Part shown: one piece after another, positions 13,856 to 26,408 of the stretch
Position numbering within the stretch: position 1 is the first letter of the stretch
How the letters are laid out: each line of letters starts with the position of its first letter
Assembly (NCBI RefSeq): GCF_006345805.1
Contig: NC_043012.1
Location: 16,430,001 to 16,494,000 of the forward strand
DNA: 64,000 nt
Source: Octopus sinensis
Lineage: Eukaryota
Direction of reading: 5' to 3'
Made by a program: the position numbers and the translations under genes
Notes under the pieces: generated by a model
What the model was told of the DNA's origin: nothing
The model's input: the letters and a program-made list of their open reading frames with translations, nothing else
Database searches by the model: none

Positions 13856-13940
13856 ACTGTGCTGAGGAGGAAAATGATTAGAATGGAAATGTAATTCTTG
13901 CATTTTTCATATCTATATCATTCCGAAACGCGTCCACAGT
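13856..13940 (+). ncRNA. Type I hammerhead ribozyme with extended stem II
   Basis: ACTGTG-CTGAGGA-GGAAAATGAT..ATCATTCC-GAA-ACGCGT-C-CACAGT: perfect 6-bp stem I, intact CUGANGA/GAAA core, palindromic ACGCGT stem III, GUC triplet. Confidence 0.8.
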
Positions 13941-14154
13941 TAATCAAATGCCGAGTGAATTTCGCTGTTTTTCCTCTCTGCCTACGTGAATTGTTTTTGA
14001 GTATATATTGTCTGGGAGTTGTTTCTTACAGTAGAAGAAATAGCTAGGTTCTTTGGCTGCTATTTCTAAAGTTTGGTATGTGGTGAAGCAATTTTTTTTT
14101 GCTGAACCCTAATTATAATTATACTCATAATTATAAAAAATATATATATATTTC

Positions 14155-15705
14155 CCCTCTGCTTTCAGCTCAGAGCTGTGGCCATGCTGATGCAATGCTG
14201 TTTTGCTACACTGTTATTACTAAGAGCATCCTCTAATATGTGGCACTTGGTGAAGAATGGAGTTTGATATAGCTACCCTCATTTGTACCTCTTGCCGTGA
14301 GGTAGGTTCATCTGGGACTCTCTACAGGAAGAGGTCCAGCTTTGATCTAAAAACCCCTACATCTACTTTGTGCAAGTTCCTCAGACTCTTTGGAAGAATA
14401 TTAAAAAGCTGTGGGCCCTTGAAACCCAGGCTGTTGCAGTAACTGGTCCTGAAGCATGATGGCATTGCTGGGACTTTTGGCACTATGCAGTGTCGTCCCG
14501 TTCTAGCATTAGTGTAGCTTTCAATGCCAAAACTTGGCACAATTCCTTCCAGGATCTTCCAGATATATATTACTGCATACCTCTCCCGTCTTCTCTCCGG
14601 GGAGTAGAGTCTTAACTGTTTCAACCTTTTCTGTTTCAATCTTCTCTGGATTGCTTCAAGGTCCGCTGTTAATTTCACACTGGTGGGTGACCATAGCTGT
14701 GAGCAGTAATCCAGGCGGCTGAGGATGAATGTCCGCCAGAGGACCATCATAGTTTCCTTATCTCTGGTTCTGAATGTTCTTAGGATCCATCCAGCCAGTC
14801 GTCTGCACTTTGTCACCATCCTGGTAAGGTGCAGAGGTATCATCACTCATGTCGATACCCATGTCCCTCACTGACTTAGGCTCTGGGATTGAAATTCCCT
14901 GTGGACTGGTGTACCCTGTAAGATTCATATTCAGTTTTGGATGCTGGTAGCGCAGGGCTGGGAATTTTTCAGCATTAAACTGCATATTATTATCCTCAGC
15001 CCATCTGTAAATTGAGTCCAACTCCTGCTGCAACATCGCTGGGGTTCTGTATTTTCTGCGAGACTTTCGTATCATCTGCATAGCTTTCAAGGGTGGCTAT
15101 CCGGGCATTTGAGGCCGTATCTGAGAGGGCCACTATAAAAGCAGTGGTCACAAGACAGTGCCCTGTGGAACACCGCTCACTATTTGTGAGTTCATAAAGG
15201 TGGCTCCATTAGCCACTACTGCCTGACTCCTATCTTTCAGGAAGTCGTGTAACCACTCTCCAAGTTTTCCAGCTATGCCAAGATCACGCAGTTTATAGCA
15301 TATCATACCATGATCCACCTTGTCAAAAGCTTTTGCAAAATCAAGGTATATTACGTTCACATTTGATTTGTTGAGTAACTGCCTCAGCACCCAGTCATAA
15401 TGTTGTAAGAGCTGGGTCAGGCAGCTCCTACCTGGTCGAAAACCATGCTGGGTATCACTCACCAAGTTATTTTCTTCAAGGAATGCGATTAGTTTCCCTC
15501 TGACTATCTGTTCCATGATTTTGCTGATGTGTGAAGTCAGAGAGATAGGCCTGTAGTTTTTGGCATCTGCTCTACTTCCCCCTTTATGTATTGGGCATAT
15601 TATCCCCTCCTTCAGCTTGCCATTTGTAAGAAAGCTCTGGAAGAGAATCTGGAGGGGTTTTGCTAGGGCATGCTTACACGATTTGAGGAGGATTGCTGGG
15701 AATCC
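14155..15705 (-). mobile_element. 5'-truncated CR1/L2-group LINE; reverse transcriptase pseudogene
   Basis: Motifs YRPISLTS, QHGFRPGRSCLTQLL, IYLDFAKAFDKVDH, SGVPQGTVL, YADDTK (~15070-15083), LDYCSQLWSP and RRRERY, split across ORFs 15148-15516, 14758-15090 and 14322-14846 by stops and frameshifts. Confidence 0.9.
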
Positions 15706-15833
15706 TCATTTTATATATAAAATATAAATTAAAGATAAAACCACTATTATGCACTATTATGCAATATTGATACTGTGAATTTTGATTTAATACTAAATTG
15801 AATTGTTCCCTGTAAGTTTGGAGTTATACTCCC

Positions 15834-15914
<81 letters not shown>

Positions 15915-15939
15915 ATATATATATATATGTATATAAAGT

Positions 15940-16170
15940 TCCCAACAAGAAAACACAGAAAAAAAAGAGAAAAAAAAAGGAGAAAAAACACAGCAACGCA
16001 GGACGTGGAACAATTAAAGTATTATTGACGCTCGGGAAAGAAGGGAAGGAGGGTTTAACGTTTCGAGCGGAGCTCTTCGTCGGAAACAAGGAGAAGGAAA
16101 GATCCCAAAGAGGGAAGACAGAGGAGAAAATATTTGAGCTGGTGGTGCTTAAGAGATCACATGTTGAAAT
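15940..16170 (-). mobile_element. Short Penelope-like terminal fragment with variant hammerhead (16053-16087), within (TA)n
   Basis: Minus strand GTTT-CCGACGA-AGAGCTCCGCTC-GAAACGTT-AAAC; the core reads CCGA rather than CUGA; (TA)n on both sides. Confidence 0.5.
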
Positions 16171-16214
16171 ATATATATATATATATAGATAGATAGATCA
16201 CATATATATATATG

Positions 16215-16250
<36 letters not shown>

Positions 16251-16417
16251 TGCATGTATAATATATACATACATATACATAAACATATATGTATAAATAT
16301 AAGTATGCGTGCGTGTACAGCGGTATTTCGTATGAATTTACAGATGTCTGTGTGCGTATATATGTGTGTATATATATGTATGTATATATATGTATATATA
16401 TACTTATAATATATATG

Positions 16418-16487
<70 letters not shown>

Positions 16488-16865
16488 AGTATACATGATT
16501 ATGCCTGCGTGTACAAATATATGTGTTTACGTATGCGTATATCTATGTTTGTATTTATCTCTCTCCCCATGTGTGTGTATGTGTGTGTGTGTGTTTGTGC
16601 GTGTGTCCCTGCTAGTACTCTACTCATTAGTGAAATACAATCTAGTAAGTTCAATTACCTTCTAGGCGGACGCCGTTCCCAACGTTTAATTAATAAAAGG
16701 TAAAAGCGTGAATATTCCCTTACCTTTTCTCATTCAGGTAAAACTGTAGGGGAAGGCGGAAGCAGATCCTTCTCCATTTAACCAAATAGATTGTATAACA
16801 GCCTTGCTGCGTGTGGAACACTTACAGATGCGGTTGGCGATTTATTACCATGTTTTCTTACGCTG

Positions 16866-16950
16866 ATTGTTGTTGTTGTTGTTGTTGTTGTTGTGGTGGT
16901 GGTGGTGGTGGTGGTGGTGGTGGTGGTGGTGGTGGTGGTGGTGGTGGTGG
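16866..16950. repeat. (TTG)n(TGG)n trinucleotide repeat
   Basis: Visible. Confidence 0.95.
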
Positions 16951-17246
16951 TATTATTAGAGTGTTTATACAAGGTAAACGCGCTGATGATATTTTAAAAC
17001 ATATCATATACATGTATATGTGTATGTATACATATATACATACATATATATATACGTACATACATGACTATATACTGATATATATATATATGTGTGTGTG
17101 TGTGTGTTGTGTGTGTGGTGTGGCGTGTTGTGTGTGTATTAATGATACATATAATGTATATGTATATATATACATATATATTTATAATGAATATATGTAT
17201 ATATATAATTTGTATATATATGTATGCGTGTGTATGTATAAATATG

Positions 17247-17285
<39 letters not shown>

Positions 17286-17293
17286 TATATATA

Positions 17294-17341
<48 letters not shown>

Positions 17342-17436
17342 ATATATAATATATATATAATAATATATATATAATATATATATATAGTATGTATGTTATA
17401 TATATATATATATATATATATATGCATGTTTACATA

Positions 17437-17508
<72 letters not shown>

Positions 17509-17876
17509 TCCACACACATACATACACACACAAACACACACACGCGCGCACACATATACATATACATGCTAGGTGTGGTATATACGGAAATTTTGGGAGT
17601 TTTTCACATATTTCTTATATGATTCTTCCTAAGCTCCGCCCTCACCTTTTATTCCATCGTTCAATGAATTCACAGGCGATTTCCCGGGCCAAACATGGAG
17701 AAACATACCATTCCAAATCTATCTGAATTATTCACAATTATCCTTTAATACAGCCTCATCGCTTGCGCCTGTGAACAAGGCCGTAACCTGACTTTGGTAA
17801 CAAATCGCTTCAGATACATTTTCTGAGGTACACGTATCACATATCACGCGCACACACATACACACACACACAATAC

Positions 17877-17920
<44 letters not shown>

Positions 17921-18113
17921 TTATATATATATATATATATTATATATATACATATATATATATATATAATATATATATATACATACATACATACATACAT
18001 ACATACAACACATATATGTCTGTCACAACGTGACGTACATGTATGCTATTTTTCCATTACATATGGGATGTTAAATTATTACTATTTGTATCATCATCAT
18101 CATCATCAGTAGT

Positions 18114-18177
<64 letters not shown>

Positions 18178-18243
18178 TGTTGTTGTTGTTGTTGTAAACG
18201 CAAAGAAGAAGAGCTCTCTTCAATTCACTAACGAGATCATCAA

Positions 18244-18398
18244 CACTAGCGTAGCTACGGGTGGGAGGAGCAGTAGGGGTAGTCAACCCCAGGCGGCACT
18301 TTTGGAGTCTGCTGTAAGCAATATGTATTTTTTGTGGGGTTCGGGAGCGGCAGACGGAAGGGCCGGCCCGGGCGACACACACTCTAGCTACGCTAATG
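18244..18398. mobile_element. hAT-type MITE (155 bp)
   Basis: Terminal inverted repeats CACTAGCGTAGCTA / TAGCTACGCTAATG, with a perfect 8-bp TSD ATCATCAA (18236-18243 and 18399-18406). 8-bp TSDs are typical of hAT. Confidence 0.75.
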
Positions 18399-18644
18399 AT
18401 CATCAAGACCGAGTTTTGCGACCAATCGGGAAGTGAGTCTAAAATAACAAGCATTAGCGCTAAAAGCAGTGCTCAGCATGGCCACAACCGCTTGCTGAAA
18501 CTGATAATCGTATAACAAAATAATAGAAATCAAACGCAAGCCTTCGGTAGTTAGGTATGCCTAATATGAGGCCATGTTTAACGCATCTAACAGGTTCATT
18601 ACATGGTTCTTAGCGAAGTCTACTCTGTTGTAGATATCGCTAAG

Positions 18645-19024
18645 TGGAGGCGCAATGGCCCAGTGGTTAAGACAGCGGACTCGCGGTCGTAAGATCGCGG
18701 TTTCAATTCCTAGACCGGACGTTGCGAGTATTTATGAGCCAAAACACCTAAAGCTCCATGAGGCTCCGGCGGCGGGTGGTGGCGAACCCTGATGTACTCT
18801 CTCACCACACCATTCTTTCACTCTTTCTTCCTCTTTCTGTTGTACCTGTATTTCAAAGGGACCAGCCTTGTGACACTCTGTGTCACGCTGAATCTCCCCG
18901 AGAACCACGTTAAGGGTACGCGTGTCTGTGGAGTGCTCAGTCACCTGTACGTTAATTTCACGAGCAGGCTATTTTGTTGATCAGTTCAACTGGAACCGTC
19001 GTCGTCGCAACCGACGGAGTGCCA
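18645..19024 (+). mobile_element. tRNA-derived SINE (Arg-like head), tail type A
   Basis: A box TGGCCCAGTGG, B-box-like GTTTCAATTCC, flanking direct repeat AGATATCGC; homologous to 61928-62306. Confidence 0.8.
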
Positions 19025-19187
19025 AGATATCGCCAAAATCCTTCAAATGTATTCATGTTTGGTTGGTAATGTGGTGATTAGATGTGAGCTGCATGTAAAT
19101 AAAGAGTAAACACACACTAAATATAACTGTAACAATTTTTATTTTGGTGGAGATTCGTTGCATGATGTACAAAGGTTGAAATAATGT

Positions 19188-19529
19188 TGGAGTGATGTTA
19201 TGGCGAGCTGAGTTGAGGGACCTACTGGAAGGTAGAATGGTTCGTCATGGTTCGGTAGAATAGGTAGCCAGCTCTGTGTTAGCGAGGCATGGAGCCATTA
19301 GTCCTTAGGTTAGCTCCTGATACCGTGAAGAGCTGAGGGCTGTAGATGCCGCGGTTGTGAAGGGGCCAAGAGAGAGAGCTTGTCACAGCGTGCTTCTATA
19401 TATACCTTTAGAGCCGGGTAGTAGTCTATCGTGCCACCTGGTGGTCAAGGGTAGCCAACTCGTTTCTTCACCTGGAAACCTCTAGAGAGATGCAAAGGGA
19501 CGCAACTGAACTCGCTAACCATCACTACA
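19188..19529. mobile_element. Probable solo LTR, or TIR element
   Basis: TG..CA ends with an imperfect ~28-bp inverted repeat (TGGAGTGATG..GCGAGCTGAGTTG / CAACTGAACTCGCTAACCATCACTACA) and an internal TATA-like run; no clear TSD. Confidence 0.4.
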
Positions 19530-20399
19530 AACCTGCCTCTCTATAATACTGTTTCATATAATGTTGCCCTGTTTCCTAGTAGGCTCTCTCATGGTCACTC
19601 CCTTCCTGTTTAATTATCTACGACGTGGGCGGATGATGAGACACATGCACGTCGTGTACATACCAAGGAATTTCTTGAGATCTCAGGAGATGTTTGCAAA
19701 GATAAAAGGTTAGCCTTCACATTTTCAGAAAGGAGCTTTAAAATCTTTCAATCTCTACTTACAAGGATCAAACATCCATAATTCCTGAATCTTTCCTTCC
19801 TTTCTTTCACATTTTATCTCCGAAATTCTGCAACGGTCGTGGCGTACGTCTTAATACCTTCACTGCTTTGACAATTAAACATTAAAATATGTCAGACAAA
19901 GCATTTATTTTTAGCAAAACTAAGAAAATATTCATGCTTTGGAACCCATATGTCCTCAAATTGTGTTTTGTAATATTCTTTGTTGTATCTCTCAGAGAAG
20001 GAAAACCTAATCAAACTTCCTTTCTAAAAACTGGTAAAAATAAAGGAACTCTCTCTACTGCCGCTTGACCTATTAGATACCTTGCCCAAATATCTCTCAG
20101 ATCACTCATAATATTTACCCTGTTTTAAAAAGGAAGGACGCATTGTATCATGTAATCCTAGATACATTTTGCCTGAAACATAAACGTCATGCTCATGGTT
20201 AGAACGTTCTTTTATCATAGATCTGTTCAGCCAGATCTAAGTTTTAAAAAATCTACTTTTATTTTCAGCAGAGTTCAGGAACTGCTCTGTGAAAATCAAC
20301 GAAACATTAATCTTCGTGATCTACAATGCGAATCTAGAGTTAATTACTACGCAATATTATAGCTTAATACTAGGCTTCTATGAATTACTCATGTTTGAA

Positions 20400-20720
20400 A
20401 TCACCCAGAGGTTAGGTTGTGTTTGTATTTCATCAATATTGGTTAGTCAGGAGCCGTAGGCGTTAAAGGGCCAGAGTTTGGCCTGGTGTCCGTGGGGTAT
20501 AAGTGACTGAAATTACAACACTCCTTCCTGGGCGGGACGCCGGTCCGTCGCAGGTTTAACTTCCCAGTTTCTACTGGAACTCATTTTACAATTGAGTAAA
20601 CTGGAGCAAAGGGAAATGAAGGGTTTTGCTCAAGAGCACAACATACCGCACGGCTCGGAGAACGAACTCACAATCTTACAATCGTCAGTTCAATAGCCTC
20701 GAGACTACGCGCCTTCACTT
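20400..20720 (-). mobile_element. Old SINE remnant
   Basis: Minus strand shows a B-box-like GAGTTCGTTCTCC followed by TGTTGTGCTCTTGAGCAAAAC..GCTCCAGTTTACTCAATTGTAAAATGAGT, a CORE-like body. Confidence 0.5.
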
Positions 20721-21175
20721 CTCATCCATAAAATCCTTTCCCTTGTCTTGTCCAGAAAGTAGTGATGAAAGGAATAGAGTGGCCGACAATATGAACGTTT
20801 TTTATTGGCCCCTTTGACCGCGCAAGTTCTGATAAAGAGACATGGATAAATCGACTCCAGGAATTAACCGGCATTTTATTTACCAGCCCCGGATAAAATG
20901 AAAGACAATTTTTGACTTGAGCTCAGAACGTAAAGACGAACGTAATACTTTTAAGCATTCTGTCCGGCGTCTTAACAATTTTGCTAACTCGCTGTCTTTT
21001 TTTATATAGAAATAATAACATTCTCATGTAAAAAGAAAAATGGCAAAAGCTCAGGACGACATTCTTTCCTTCCTATTAACGTTACTTTCGCAAATGACTT
21101 GTCTTAATCCAGTCGTTTGGCCGAAAAGCCTTCTATAAGACGCCTACAAATACTGGCATCTTTTATGATATACTC

Positions 21176-21571
21176 TTTTACTGCTTTACTTATTTTAGTT
21201 ATTTGACTGCGGCCATGCTGGAGCAACGCCTTTTAGTCGAACTAGTCGACTCCAGGACTTATTCTTTGTAAGCCTAGTATTTATTCTATCGGACTCTTTT
21301 CACGGAACCGCTATGTCACGGAGATGTAACCACACCAACATCGGTTGTCAAGTGGTGGTGGGGAACAAACACAGAAACACAAATACATGCATGCATATAT
21401 GTATATATATACATACACACACACATACATGCATGCATATATACATATATATACATACACACACATATATATATATTACAAGTTAGATGACATGTAATTT
21501 CTTCTATAACACCATGAAGCCTAAAAATAACTCTTTCTGAACTTTTATTATTTGCTCGTATTTAAATATAT

Positions 21572-21649
<78 letters not shown>

Positions 21650-22086
21650 ATTATATACGAGCAAAACGCCCCCGTCCAATGGACGGTGCTGAGTTGTCAA
21701 ACATTTAAAGCAAATTTTCTCAAAACAACTTGTCCGACCGTCCCATAGGCCTCCCCTTTGAGAAACACTGATTTAACCTAAATTTGAGGCACCAGCAAAA
21801 GAAGAAATAAGGATAGACTTTTTTCCAATTCCAAAGAAAAACGATTTCCCACGACTTTATCGATCACATTCTCACCTGGAATCGATTTTTGTAATTTTTT
21901 CAAGGCTTGTACATGCCCTGATACCGTCGGTATCTACATATCAAATTTGAGCGCAATTGGATGGAGGATGCCCGAGATCCTAGAAGCCACACACACACAC
22001 ACATATACAGACAGACAGAACGGATTTTATATAAGAGATATGTATATATATATATGTGTGTGTATGTATGTATGTATGTATATATG

Positions 22087-22118
<32 letters not shown>

Positions 22119-22197
22119 TTATATGTATGTATATATATATATATGTATGTATGCATGTATGTATGTATATATATATACGTATATATGTATGTATGTA

Positions 22198-22243
<46 letters not shown>

Positions 22244-22415
22244 TGCATACATACGACGGGTTTCTTTCAGTTTCCATCTACCAAATCCATTCACAAGGCT
22301 TTGGTCGGCCCAAAGCTATAGTAGAAGACACTTGCCCAAGATGCCACGCAGTGGGACTGAACCCGGAACTATGTGGTTTGGGGAGCAAGCTTCTTACCGC
22401 ACAGCCACTCCTGCA
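21176..22415 (-). mobile_element. CORE-type composite SINE with an expanded internal microsatellite that hosts a nested Helitron
   Basis: Tail module 21176-21400 and head module 22250-22415 are reverse complements of the two halves of 22663-23080. Confidence 0.75.
21658..22038 (-). mobile_element. Non-autonomous Helitron-like element
   Basis: Minus strand begins A|TCTCTTATATAAAA, has internal (CTGT)n/(TG)n, and ends with hairpin CCGTCCATTGGACGG then CTCG|T (a CTAG variant). Confidence 0.7.
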
Positions 22416-22662
22416 CGTATGTTTATTTTTCGTTACTGTTTTTTTGCTTTTTTTAGTTTATCGTTTTATATATTTTCCCATTGTAATAAAAAAATTCCTC
22501 CCTTTTTACCGTTCATCTTTTTAACTTTCTCATTCTGTCCTTTTGACTCCACCAAATCGATCAATATTATCGATAAAGCGTCGAAATTGTGGTGACTTTT
22601 GGTCAATAGCTGATGAGGAGCAAGCGTGACCGCGATGTGTGTGTGTGTTTTCTATTTTTGTA

Positions 22663-23080
22663 TAGGCGCAGGAGTGGCTGTGTGGTAAGTAGCTTGCTAA
22701 TCAACCACATGGTTCCGGGTTCAGTCCCACTGCGTGGCACCTTGGGCAAGTGTCTTCTTCTATAGCCCCGGGCCGACCAATGCCTTGTGAGTGGATTTGG
22801 TAGACGGAAACTGAAAAGAAGCCTGTCGTATATATGTATATATGTATATGTATGTGTGTGTGTGTGTGTGTCTGTGGTTGTCCCCCTAGCATTGCTTGAC
22901 AACCGATGCTGGTGTGTTTACGTCCCCGTCACTTAGCGGTTCGGCAAAAGAGACCGATAGAATAAGTACTGGGCTTACAAAGAATAATTCCCGGGGTCGA
23001 TTTGCTCGACTAAAGGCGGTGCTCCAGCATGGCCGCAGTCAAAATGACTGAAACAAGTAAAATGAGTAAAAGAGTAAAGA
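22663..23080 (+). mobile_element. Full-length CORE-type tRNA-derived composite SINE (octopus OR2-like by recollection)
   Basis: A box TGGCTGTGTGG, B-box-like GGTTCAGTCCC, CORE-like CCTTGGGCAAGTG, internal (TA)/(TG) microsatellite, tail GCTCCAGCATGGCCGCAGTCAAAATGACTGAAAC plus (TAAAAGAG)n. Confidence 0.85.
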
Positions 23081-23449
23081 TATTCCTCCGTCGTCCTCCT
23101 GTGACATATTTTTTTGCTACTAATAAAAGCTCAGAAAGAGTTATTTTTAGGCTTCGCGGTGTTATAGAAGAAACTACAAGTCATCTAACTTGTAATATTA
23201 CTGAAATGTACAGAAATGCAGTCTAACAGGAACGGTAACTAATTAAAAAGTGAATATATGAACAATGACGAGGTGTATGTAGAACCAATCACAGAGAAAA
23301 GAGGAGAATAGGAGAAGCAAGAGAGAAAAAAAAGTGACAAAAGTGACTTCCTGTTACTACCGGAAGTTCATTTGAATATAGCTATGGCTTCTCACCATTG
23401 TTGCAATGGCGAATAAATGATTTTTGAAATAAGTGTTTTCCCTCTTTCT

Positions 23450-23485
<36 letters not shown>

Positions 23486-23540
23486 ATTTATCTATCTCTC
23501 TGTCTAGCTATTTATCTATACATCTCTATCTCTATCCCTA

Positions 23541-23580
<40 letters not shown>

Positions 23581-24187
23581 ACTTCCTTTAGTGTTGGTGT
23601 GTGTGTGTGTGTGTATGAATATATATGTGAGGAGGAGGAGGAGGACGAGGAGAAGGAGGAGGTGGAGGAGGAGTAGGAGGAGGAGGAGAAGGAGGAGGAG
23701 GAGGAAAATTCACAATAGGGAAATAAACAGATCTTCAACAAGAAACCAAAATAAAACAGCAGAAGACGTTTTAGCAGCACCAGAGGAATACAAGAAATCC
23801 AATTGTTTCACCAACTTTCAACATACGACACCGCACAGCCACCACCATCACCTCCACTACAACACACACACATACATACACGAGCGCGCGCGCACACACA
23901 TATATACATATCTATATGGATATATATATATGTATATACATATATACATATATACACAAATATACATATATATATATATGGATATATATATATATATATA
24001 TGTATATTTGTGTGTATGTATGTTCCTGTTGTTAATCATTATGTATGGATGGATTTATGCATGTATATTAAACATATATGTATCTATGTAAGTATGTATG
24101 TATAAATATATACTTATCTATACAAACATATATATATATATTTATATATATATATGCATAGCTAGCTGGATAGATAGATTGATAGGC

Positions 24188-24250
<63 letters not shown>

Positions 24251-24467
24251 CATAGATAGATATGGATTACATATATGTATTTGTTTATATATGTATTTGT
24301 TATATATATATATATATATATATATACAAACACATGCACTCACACACACACACATACACACACACACACACACACATACACATACATACATATCTACATC
24401 CATATTGGACGGTAATATTTAAGTCTATTATTCTCTTAGTGAAACCGTCTTCTGAAAGGTCAATAAC

Positions 24468-24468
24468 A

Positions 24469-24523
<55 letters not shown>

Positions 24524-24785
24524 CAACACAACAATAATAATAATAATAAAATAATAATAATAATAATAATAATAAAATAATAATAATAATAATAATAATA
24601 TAATAATAATAATAACAACAACACAACAATAATAATAATAATAATAATTAATAATAATAATAAAAATAATAATAATAATAATATAATAATAATAATAATA
24701 TATAATAATAATAATATTAATAATAATGATAAATAATAGTAATAGTAATAATAATAACACCAACAATAATAACAACAACAACAAC
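24468..24785. repeat. (AAT)n/(AAC)n microsatellite
   Basis: Visible. Confidence 0.95.
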
Positions 24786-25219
24786 AGTTGCAATAAATAG
24801 AGAGAGATCTGTATAGATAGAGTGTGGGGGAAGACAAAACAAAAGAGAGGGCAGCAGTTGAATATTAATTGCTCTTGGGTCAAACTGCCCCAACGCGGAT
24901 TCGAACTTACAATGTACTGAACTGGGTTAATCGCATGCATTCTTCAATTGATCTCGGTTTTCGTATTTTTGTGGAGTTTTTGTTTGTGTTTTTTTTTGGG
25001 AGGGGTTGTTCCTATATGAGTATTTTCGGCTTTGTCAATTGTTAGTATCCAAGGAGGGGGAAGAGATGAGTGAGAGAGAGAAACAGAGCGATTACAGTTA
25101 GGTAAGTAGTCAGGTAGGTAGGTAGGTGGGTGTGTGGGTAGGTTGGTAGGTAGGTAGATAAGTAGCTATGTAGATACGTAAGTGGGTGGGTAGGCGTGTA
25201 CAAGGCGGAAAAATTGGGA

Positions 25220-25831
25220 AAAAAATTAAAAAGATTATGATGATGATGATGATGACGACGATGATTATTATTATGATAATGACAACGACGATGATTATGA
25301 TGATGATGAGGAGGAGGAGGAGGATGCATCATGAGAGTGAGAAAGAAAAAGAAAAGAAAGTACGAGGATCTTTTGAGTCAGCACAAAATAAAATCTTTTA
25401 CATCTTTTGTTGTGGCAAATAAGGGTAGCTTGGGTGTGTGTGTACATATATATACATACGTATATATACGTATATATATATATACGTATATATATATATT
25501 CGTATATATATACGTATATATATATCTACGTATATATATATATATACGTATATATATATACGTATATATATATGTATATATATACGTATGTATATATATG
25601 TACACACACACCCAAGCTACCCTTATTTGCCACAACAAAAGATGTAAAAGATTTTATTTTGTGCTGACTCAAAATATCCTCGTACTTTCTTTTCTTTTTC
25701 CTTCTCACTCTCATGATGCATCCTCCTCCTCCTCATCATCATCATCATCATAATCATCGTCGTTGTCATTATCATAATAATAATCATCGTCGTCATCATC
25801 ATCATCATCATCATAATCTTTTTCATTTTTT
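25220..25831. repeat. ~610-bp near-perfect inverted repeat centred on a (TA)n/TACG microsatellite
   Basis: 25220-25460 is the reverse complement of ~25585-25831; mirror-image ORFs appear on both strands. Confidence 0.95.
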
Positions 25832-26336
25832 CGAAAGTCTATAATGGAGCTAATCATCGACAGCTTTAGTCTTATATTTATAAGATTGCCATATTAGTAT
25901 GGCGATAACTATTAATTTCCAGTAACGCTGCCGTAATCTCTTTTAGAGAGACTTAGTAATTTTAATATTTCTATTATTGAAAACAAGTGGATGTATTCCA
26001 CCGAAACTAGGTAAATAGATTCTTCGAACAGGGACAGTCAGTAGCGACACCTGCTGGGTCTGACTACGCTGCATTGATAAAGGGCAACTACCCTGAAACG
26101 AGTCTGCAGCTGTCTGACTTGCAGGATGAAGCAGCTGACCTCCCCTGTTCGAAAGTCTATAATGGACGCAGATTGTGTGTCAAATAGCTAGCTTGAGGCG
26201 ATGGCCGCTTGGAGCTAATCATCGATAGCTTTAGTCTTATATTTATAAGATTGCCATATTAGTATGGCGATAACTATTAATTTACAGTAACGCTGCCGTA
26301 ATCTCTTTTAGAGAGACTTAGTAATTTTAATATTTC

Positions 26337-26342
<6 letters not shown>
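25830..26342 (+). mobile_element. Penelope pLTR / retrozyme-like unit: 365-bp monomer in ~1.4 copies with degenerate hammerhead (26068-26110)
   Basis: GGAGCTAATCATCGA..TTTCTATTAT repeated at 25846 and 26211. Hammerhead GCTGCA-TTGATAA-AGGGCAACTACCCT-GAAACGAGTC-TGCAGC. Downstream CTCCCCTGTT is shared with the 10.5-kb locus. Confidence 0.7.
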
Positions 26343-26391
<49 letters not shown>

Positions 26392-26408
26392 ATTATATAT
26401 ATATATAC

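Noticed and set aside
18645-18720. tRNA genes at SINE heads (also 22663, 45604, 46198, 59903, 60724)
   Set aside because: A and B boxes are present but no full cloverleaf, and each continues into a repeated SINE body.
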